From positions 1-64,000 of the forward strand of contig JBKBRF010000036.1 in NCBI GenBank assembly GCA_046292385.1: a stretch of DNA of 64,000 bases. The letters run 5' to 3'. Of the stretch, positions 56,778-64,000 are shown piece after piece (the first letter of the stretch is position 1; each line of letters opens with the position of its first letter). The stretch is from Armatimonadota bacterium. GTDB taxonomy: Bacteria; Armatimonadota; SYMT01. Under the pieces are notes generated by a model that was not told where the DNA came from, did not search any database, and saw nothing but the letters and a program-made list of their open reading frames with translations. A program made the translations under genes and the position numbers.

Positions 56778-57503
56778 ATGCCCCATAGTCCCGCCGCATT
56801 GCCGGCGTTCTCTCCCTCCCGCCGACTCCGTGCCTGGAGAGGCCGGCGGGGCTTTACCCTGATCGAGCTGCTGGTGGTGATCGCGATCATCGCCATCCTC
56901 GCCGCGATCCTCTTCCCCGTCTTCGCACAGGCCCGGGAGAAGGCGCGCCAGATCTCCTGCGCCTCGAACCTCAAGAACCTCGGCACGGCGGCGCAGATGT
57001 ACACCCAGGACTACGACGAGCAGCTTCCGCTAGCCGCGTACGCCACGGCGGACTTCGACTTCCGCACCTGGCACGAGCTGCTCGACCCGTATGCCCGCAA
57101 CGTGGAGATCTGGCGCTGTCCCAGCAGCTCGGTGAAGAAGACGGATCAGAACGGGCGCCCCACCACGCACTTCGGCTATAACGTCCGCTACCTCACGAAC
57201 ATCAACGCCGACTTCAGCAACGCGGCCGGCCACAGCGCGGTCTCCCTGGCGGCGATCCAGTCCCCCACAGAGACGGTGCTGTTTGCGGACGCGCGCGCCA
57301 GTATCGCCAATGGCTGGTGCGGCGACGACGGCAAGTTCATGCTCCCGCCATCCCTCGCCGACGCGCACTGCTGGGGACGCCCGCACGCTCTGCACAGCGA
57401 GGGCGCGAACGTGATGTGGGTGGACGGGCACGTGAAGTGGCACCGCCCGGGCCAGTTCTATACCGGCCAGGCTCCCGTGGACCGGCTGTTCGACCTGCAG
57501 TAG
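56778..57503 (+). CDS. Prepilin-type N-terminal cleavage/methylation + DUF1559 / H-X9-DG protein
   Basis: [56 protein letters not shown]. Confidence 0.95.
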   Translation: MPHSPAALPAFSPSRRLRAWRGRRGFTLIELLVVIAIIAILAAILFPVFAQAREKARQISCASNLKNLGTAAQMYTQDYDEQLPLAAYATADFDFRTWHELLDPYARNVEIWRCPSSSVKKTDQNGRPTTHFGYNVRYLTNINADFSNAAGHSAVSLAAIQSPTETVLFADARASIANGWCGDDGKFMLPPSLADAHCWGRPHALHSEGANVMWVDGHVKWHRPGQFYTGQAPVDRLFDLQ

Positions 57504-57819
57504 GGTCTAGGGTCTCGCGGCGGTGATGAGCTCTCGAGTCTCCGGGGACGCGATGAGCCCCCGCGTTCGGGAGCGCCTCGCCGGGCCAGTAACTCGTCAC
57601 GAGCGTGCGTATTCCGGAGCAGGACGGCTGCCGAGATTCTTCCCTGCGTTCAGAATGACGAGCTCGGGGAGCGGTGCGTCCATCGAAAGGGGGGCGGAAG
57701 CGGCCGGCTGGCGCTCCTCGGACCCGTTTCTTCGGGTGCGGACGCCAGGGCCGCTCGTCCTCACCGGCAAAGCGAGGCAGAGGTTCCCCGTCGATAGAGT
57801 GATTCGCTAGCGACCGGCA

Positions 57820-59310
57820 TCACCCGGCGGGCGGTCCGGCGGCGGGGATGGTGACCGTGAAGACGGCTCCCTGCCCCGGCTCGCTGCGGACCCGGATCTC
57901 GCCTCCGTGCGCTTCCACGATGCTGCGGCTGATCGCGAGGCCGAGGCCGGTCCCGCCGCCCTGGCGGCTGCGCGCCACTTCCACCCGGTAGAAGCGCTCG
58001 AACAGGTGTGGGAGGTGCTCCGGCGCGATCCCCTCGCCCTCGTCCGCCACCTCCGCGAGGACCTGTCCGCCCTCCGCGCGGGCGCGGAGGTAGATGCCGC
58101 CTTCCGGAGGAGTGTGGCGGACGGCGTTCTCCAGCAGGTTGACGAAGACCCGGGCGAGGTGCGGCGGGTCCGCGGAGATGGCGAGCGGCGCGTCCGGAAG
58201 CTCCACCCGAACCCGCGCCGCCGCCTCCTCCGGGAGTTGGGAGAGCGCGTCCTCCAGCACGCTCCGCAGGTCCACCGTCCGGAGTTGGAGGCCCAGGTGT
58301 CCGGCGTCGGAGCAGGCGAGGAGGAAGAGGTCCTGGATCAGGCGGGTCATCACGTCTGCGGCCCGGTCTGCCCGGGCGAGCGCCCTGCGGTACTCGGCGG
58401 GGGTGCGCTCGCCGCTGAGGGCGAGGCTGGTGCTGCCCTTGATCCGCGCCAGGGGGGTCCGCAGCTCGTGGGAGGCGTCCGAGGTGAAGCGCCGCTGCTG
58501 CTCGTACGCCGCGGAGAGGCGGCGGTAGGCCTCCTCGCGGCTCGTGAATGCCTCTTCCAGGCGGGCAATCATCCGGTTGAAGGTGCGGGCCAGATCCGCC
58601 AGCTCGTCGTCGCCGGTGACTTCCAGGCGGCGGGAGAGGTCCTCCGCACCGATCTCGTCAGCGGCATGCGTCACCTGACGGACGGGGCGCAGGGCGCGGT
58701 CCGTCAGGAAGAAGCCGCCGGCCACGGCGGCGAGGAGCGCCGGGGGGAGCAGCAGCAGAAAGATCTTGAGCTGGCGGGCGCGGAGCCGGTCGTACTCGCG
58801 GAGCTCCCGGGCCACCTGCACCACCCCGACCGTCTCCTCGCCGCGGCGCCAGGGGACGGAGAGCACGCGCACCCGCTCGTCACCGGCGCGGACGGTGGAG
58901 TGGACGGGTCGCCCGGCGAGGGCTTCGCGGAACGCCTCCGGGTCCCAGGGGCCCACGACGTCGCCGGGGCGGCCGAGGACGTCACCCTGGGGCGCCAGGA
59001 AGCGGGGCCGGCGCAGGGCGAGGCGGGCGCGCTCTTCCTCCTCCAGGGTGTCCAGCTCGGGGAAGTCGGACGGGGGACGGCGGGAGCGCTCGCCGCGTCC
59101 TCCGCCTTCGCCGCGGGGAGAGCGGCCCCGGGGGCCTGGAAAACCGGCCGAAGCGAAGCGCCGGGCCTGGGCCGCGAGCTCTTCGTCGATGGCGCGGAGC
59201 ATGCTGAGCTGCACGCTGTAGGCCAGGGCCACCCCGAAGACGCCGAGCACCAGGGTCAGGATGGCGGCGTTCCAGAGGGTGAGCCGGACGCGGAAGGAGC
59301 GCCACCTCAT
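57820..59310 (-). CDS. HAMP-domain sensor histidine kinase
   Basis: 2 TM; HAMP; DASHELRTPL; NLLENA; GGTGLGL. Confidence 0.95.
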   Translation of the reverse strand: MRWRSFRVRLTLWNAAILTLVLGVFGVALAYSVQLSMLRAIDEELAAQARRFASAGFPGPRGRSPRGEGGGRGERSRRPPSDFPELDTLEEEERARLALRRPRFLAPQGDVLGRPGDVVGPWDPEAFREALAGRPVHSTVRAGDERVRVLSVPWRRGEETVGVVQVARELREYDRLRARQLKIFLLLLPPALLAAVAGGFFLTDRALRPVRQVTHAADEIGAEDLSRRLEVTGDDELADLARTFNRMIARLEEAFTSREEAYRRLSAAYEQQRRFTSDASHELRTPLARIKGSTSLALSGERTPAEYRRALARADRAADVMTRLIQDLFLLACSDAGHLGLQLRTVDLRSVLEDALSQLPEEAAARVRVELPDAPLAISADPPHLARVFVNLLENAVRHTPPEGGIYLRARAEGGQVLAEVADEGEGIAPEHLPHLFERFYRVEVARSRQGGGTGLGLAISRSIVEAHGGEIRVRSEPGQGAVFTVTIPAAGPPAG

Positions 59311-60005
59311 CCGACGTCTCCGCCGCCCCCGTCCTCCTCCGGAGCGCGGAGCATGTAGCCGACGCCATGGACCGTGTGGATCAGCTTCTCCGCGTGCCCC
59401 GCGTCGATCTTCTTCCGGAGTGACGTGATGTGGACGCTGACCGTGTTGGAGTAGCTCTCGTCGTCCTGCCAGACGCGGTCCTGGATCATCTCGCGCGTGA
59501 GGGTGCGCCCTTCGTTCGCGGCCAGGGCTTCCAGGAGGGTGTACTCGCGCGGGGTGAGGTGGACCGTCTCTCCGGCGCGGCGGACGGCGCGGGCCACGGT
59601 ATCGATCTCAAGGTCCGCCACGCGGATGACGCGGGCGCGGTGGACCTTGTCCCGGCGGAGCAAGGCGTGGACGCGGGCAAGGAGCTCGCGGAAGTCGAAC
59701 GGCTTGGGCAGGAAGTCGTCCGCGCCGATCTCCAGGCCCTGGATGCGGTCCTCGACGGCGTCCCGGGCGGTGAGCATCAGGACCGGCGTGGTGCTCCGCC
59801 GGCGGCGGAGGGCCTCGCAGACGCTCCAGCCGTCGCGCCCGGGGAGCATCAGGTCGAGGATGATGAGGCCGTAGTCGGAGGCCCGGGCCATGCGGAGCCC
59901 GCTCTCGCCGTCCGAGGCGACGTCGACGGAGAAACGCGCGTCCTCCAGCCCCTCCCGGAGGAGGTCCGCAATCACCTCGTCGTCTTCGATCACGAGTATC
60001 CGCAT
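59307..60005 (-). CDS. OmpR-family response regulator
   Basis: MRILVIEDD, LDLMLP, GADDFLPKPF, LTPREY, TVHGVGY. Confidence 0.95.
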   Translation of the reverse strand: MRILVIEDDEVIADLLREGLEDARFSVDVASDGESGLRMARASDYGLIILDLMLPGRDGWSVCEALRRRRSTTPVLMLTARDAVEDRIQGLEIGADDFLPKPFDFRELLARVHALLRRDKVHRARVIRVADLEIDTVARAVRRAGETVHLTPREYTLLEALAANEGRTLTREMIQDRVWQDDESYSNTVSVHITSLRKKIDAGHAEKLIHTVHGVGYMLRAPEEDGGGGDVG

Positions 60006-60114
60006 GGCCCCATTCCACCGGGCATCAGGGATCAGGGGTTCGGCGCCCGGAGGGAGAGAGGAGCCCGATGAGCGTTCTCCCCCCGGCGCCGGCACCTGAC
60101 ACCGGCCGGGTCTC

Positions 60115-60816
60115 TTAGATCTGAGCCGGAGCGGCCTGCGGGGCCCGGCGGACCGGGCGCTGCTGCCGCAGCTGGTTCAGCTTCTCCTTCTGCTCGGCGG
60201 TGAGGACCGCGTCCAGCTTCGCCTGGGTCTCCTGGCGGATCTGCTGGAGCTTCGCCTGCTTCTGCTCGCGGGTCAGGCCCTGGTCCTGGAAGACCGCGCG
60301 CGACTGCTCCCGGGCGGCCTCGAAGACCGGCTTGAGCTGCGCCTGCTGCTCGGCCGTCAGGTTCAGTACCTGGGCCATTTGCTGGCCGCCATGCCCGCGC
60401 ATCCCACGGCCCATGCCCTGGCGCCGGTTCGCTGCGGCCTGGGCCAGTTTCGTCTTCTGCTCTTCCGTCAGGACGGCGGCCACCTGAGCGCGGCTCTGCT
60501 CGTGGATCGCCTTCAGCTTCTCACGCTTCTGCTCGCGGCTCAGGCTCTGGTCCTGGAAGACCGCCTGCGCCTGGGCCCGTCCTGCTTCCAGCACCGGCTT
60601 GATCTTTGCCTGCTGCTCCGCAGTCAGGTTCAGGTGCTGCGCCATCCGCGCCAGGCCGGCTTCGGCGCGCTGGCCGCCGAAGCGGTGCATCCGGCCGCCG
60701 ATCCCCGGCTTGCGCTCCTTCCCCGGGTTTGCGCCTTCCGCCTGCGCCAGCAGCGGGCTGGCGACGAGGGCCGCCCCGAGAGCGAGCGCGGCCGCCTTGA
60801 TTACCGTATGGTTCAT
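60115..60816 (-). CDS. Spy/CpxP-like periplasmic protein with duplicated LTxEQ repeats
   Basis: Signal peptide; two copies of LNLTAEQQA…QDQ.L.REQK…VLT.EQK. Confidence 0.85.
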   Translation of the reverse strand: MNHTVIKAAALALGAALVASPLLAQAEGANPGKERKPGIGGRMHRFGGQRAEAGLARMAQHLNLTAEQQAKIKPVLEAGRAQAQAVFQDQSLSREQKREKLKAIHEQSRAQVAAVLTEEQKTKLAQAAANRRQGMGRGMRGHGGQQMAQVLNLTAEQQAQLKPVFEAAREQSRAVFQDQGLTREQKQAKLQQIRQETQAKLDAVLTAEQKEKLNQLRQQRPVRRAPQAAPAQI

Positions 60817-60894
60817 TCTGGTCTTTACCTCGTGTAGTCGGTTTCTCAACTGCGATCCCGGCTTCCGGCGGATGCCGTCCGGTCTCACGTCGAT

Positions 60895-60927
60895 AGATTA
60901 CGCGGGGGCCGTTAAGAAACCGTGAGG
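60895..60927 (-). promoter_or_regulatory. Putative OmpR-type tandem binding site plus -10
   Basis: Minus strand CCTCACGG-N3-CTTAACGG (11-bp period) upstream of TAATCT. Confidence 0.45.
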
Positions 60928-61063
60928 ACGAAAGAGCTGCGGTACAGGGCTCACCCAAGGCGCAGGATCTCGCCCCGCCGGAGCAGGAGCCAGGCGCGAT
61001 CCACCGCGCACTCCGGCGTGGCCGCGGAAGCTTGTTGCGGGGGCCTAAGTCCAGGTACGCGAA

Positions 61064-61100
61064 AGCGCCTCACGGGAGAGGGGTCTCCTCGTGAGGCGCT
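61064..61100 (-). terminator. Terminator-like hairpin after pgk
   Basis: AGCGCCTCACG…CGTGAGGCGCT. Confidence 0.65.
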
Positions 61101-61189
61101 CTATGAGTAGGAGTAGGATTACGAGTAGGAGCCGCCGTAACCGGATGGCGCAGCGGCAACCGCCAGCGCTAGACCCTACCCCCTAGACC

Positions 61190-62383
61190 CTACGCTTTGT
61201 CCTGCAGCGCGGCCACGCCGGGAAGCGTCTTGCCTTCCAGCAGCTCCAGGCTGGCGCCGCCGCCGGTAGAGATGTGGTCCATCTGGTCGGCGTAGCCGAG
61301 CTGCTCCACCGCCGCGGCGCTGTCGCCGCCGCCGATGATGACGTTCGCCTCGCCCTGGCTGATCTGGCCGAGGGTCTCCGCGATCGAGCGGGTGCCCTCC
61401 GCGAAGAGCGGGTTCTCGAAGACGCCCATCGGGCCGTTCCAGACCACCGTCCGGGCATCCCGCAGGATCTCGCGGTAGCGGGCGATCGTCTCCGGGCCGA
61501 TGTCGACCCCTTCCATGTCGTCCGGGATCTCGTCCGCGCGGACGGTGCGGTGGCTGGTCGGGTTCTTGAAGTCGTCCGCCACCACCACGTCGGAAGGCAC
61601 CTCCAGGCGGTAGCCCTGCTCCTTCACGTCCTGCAGCGTCTGCTTCGCGGCATCCAGGTGGCCGGCGTCGAGCAGGCTCTTGCCGATCTCCAGCCCCTGC
61701 GCCTTCAGGAAGGTGTAGGCCATACCGCCGCCGAGCAGGAGGACGTCGACCTTCGGCAGCAGGTTCTTGATCACGCCGATCTTGTCTTTGACCTTGGCGC
61801 CGCCCAGGATGGCGACGAACGGCCGCTGCGGGTCATTGATGGCGCCGCCCAGCTTCTCCAGCTCCTTCCCGAGCAGGTAGCCCGCCACCGCCGGCAGGTA
61901 GTGCGTCACTCCCTCCGTGCTGGCGTGGGCGCGGTGGGCCGCGCCGAAGGCGTCGTTGACGTAGATCTCGCCCAGGCTCGCCAGCTTCCGCGCGAACTCC
62001 GGATCGTTCTTCTCTTCTTCCGGGTGGAAGCGCACGTTCTCCAGCAGCAGCACGTCGCCGGACTGGAGCTTCTGCGCCGCCGCCTCGGCTTCCGGGCCGA
62101 TGCAGTCACTCGCGGTCTGGACCGGCCGGCCCAGGTGCTGGGAGAGGCGCTCGGCCACGGGGGCCAGGGTCCACTTCGGATCGACCCCCTTGGGGCGGCC
62201 CAGATGGCTCATCAGGATCACGCGAGCGCCCTGGTCCAGCAGGTAGCGGAGCGTCGGCAGGGCGGCGCGGATGCGGGTATCGTCCGTGATGGCGCCGCTT
62301 TCGTCCTGCGGGACGTTGAAGTCGACGCGCACGAGCACGCGCTTGTCGCGGACGTCTACGTCTTCGATCGTCTTCTTGTTCAT
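61190..62383 (-). CDS. pgk: Phosphoglycerate kinase
   Basis: [46 protein letters not shown]. Confidence 0.98.
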   Translation of the reverse strand: MNKKTIEDVDVRDKRVLVRVDFNVPQDESGAITDDTRIRAALPTLRYLLDQGARVILMSHLGRPKGVDPKWTLAPVAERLSQHLGRPVQTASDCIGPEAEAAAQKLQSGDVLLLENVRFHPEEEKNDPEFARKLASLGEIYVNDAFGAAHRAHASTEGVTHYLPAVAGYLLGKELEKLGGAINDPQRPFVAILGGAKVKDKIGVIKNLLPKVDVLLLGGGMAYTFLKAQGLEIGKSLLDAGHLDAAKQTLQDVKEQGYRLEVPSDVVVADDFKNPTSHRTVRADEIPDDMEGVDIGPETIARYREILRDARTVVWNGPMGVFENPLFAEGTRSIAETLGQISQGEANVIIGGGDSAAAVEQLGYADQMDHISTGGGASLELLEGKTLPGVAALQDKA

Positions 62384-62510
62384 ACGGGTAGGTCCTGCAT
62401 GAGAAACCGCCAGGGACGGCGGGTGGGACCGTCAGCCGGGAGAGCGCCGTGCGGCATTCTCGAGCTCCGGTTCCCTCCACGCGCCCCTGGCGGTGGGATG
62501 CGGGGTGGGG

Positions 62511-63698
<1,188 letters not shown>

Positions 63699-64000
63699 CT
63701 AACGGAGCTTGACGGAGCCGTCGGAGCAGAGCCTCTCCCGGCTCCCCGCGCAGGAGCCGCCCACGGGCTCAAGGTTGCGCGGAAGAATGGGAGCGCGCCG
63801 GCGCGCGGCGCGGAGACGCCGGGCCTTCCGGCGCGGAGTCGTGATATCGCAATCGTCTGGAGCGCGTCAAAAGGCGGGAGGAATCACCTCTGATCGTTCG
63901 CCGCAGCCGCCACGCGGCCGCCCGGGCGGCACCCGCAGCCTGCCGGTCCCAAGGCCGGGTCCGCAGTTGGCAGAGGGTGGGCAACGTTCGGTATAGTGTC

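Overview
High-GC (roughly 70%, estimated by eye) bacterial chromosomal segment, most likely Armatimonadota. That call rests on a prepilin-type '[23 protein letters not shown]' / H-X9-DG gene plus PVC-like DUF1501, DUF1549/1553 and PmoA-family genes. About 50 CDS are supported. Housekeeping genes: gap, pgk, hisD, ispE, nth. Many sugar oxidoreductases and hydrolases are present. Clusters: a heptose-type sugar-phosphate/glycosylation cluster led by a class-III aminotransferase; an ABC exporter + DUF1854 pair preceded by a candidate structured RNA; a complete Wsp-like (ACF-class) chemosensory operon ending in a hybrid PAS histidine kinase; and a Spy/CpxP-like + OmpR two-component locus. I found no rRNA, tRNA, CRISPR array, transposase or integrase. 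The most striking non-genic signal is that many intergenic gaps hold inverted arrays of short 6-9 bp tandem units from many different motif families. One is a nested MITE-like family with a conserved ~65-85 bp core in five full or partial copies, and some repeat arms are translated in frame into protein termini. All family assignments come from motif recognition by eye; no database searches were run.
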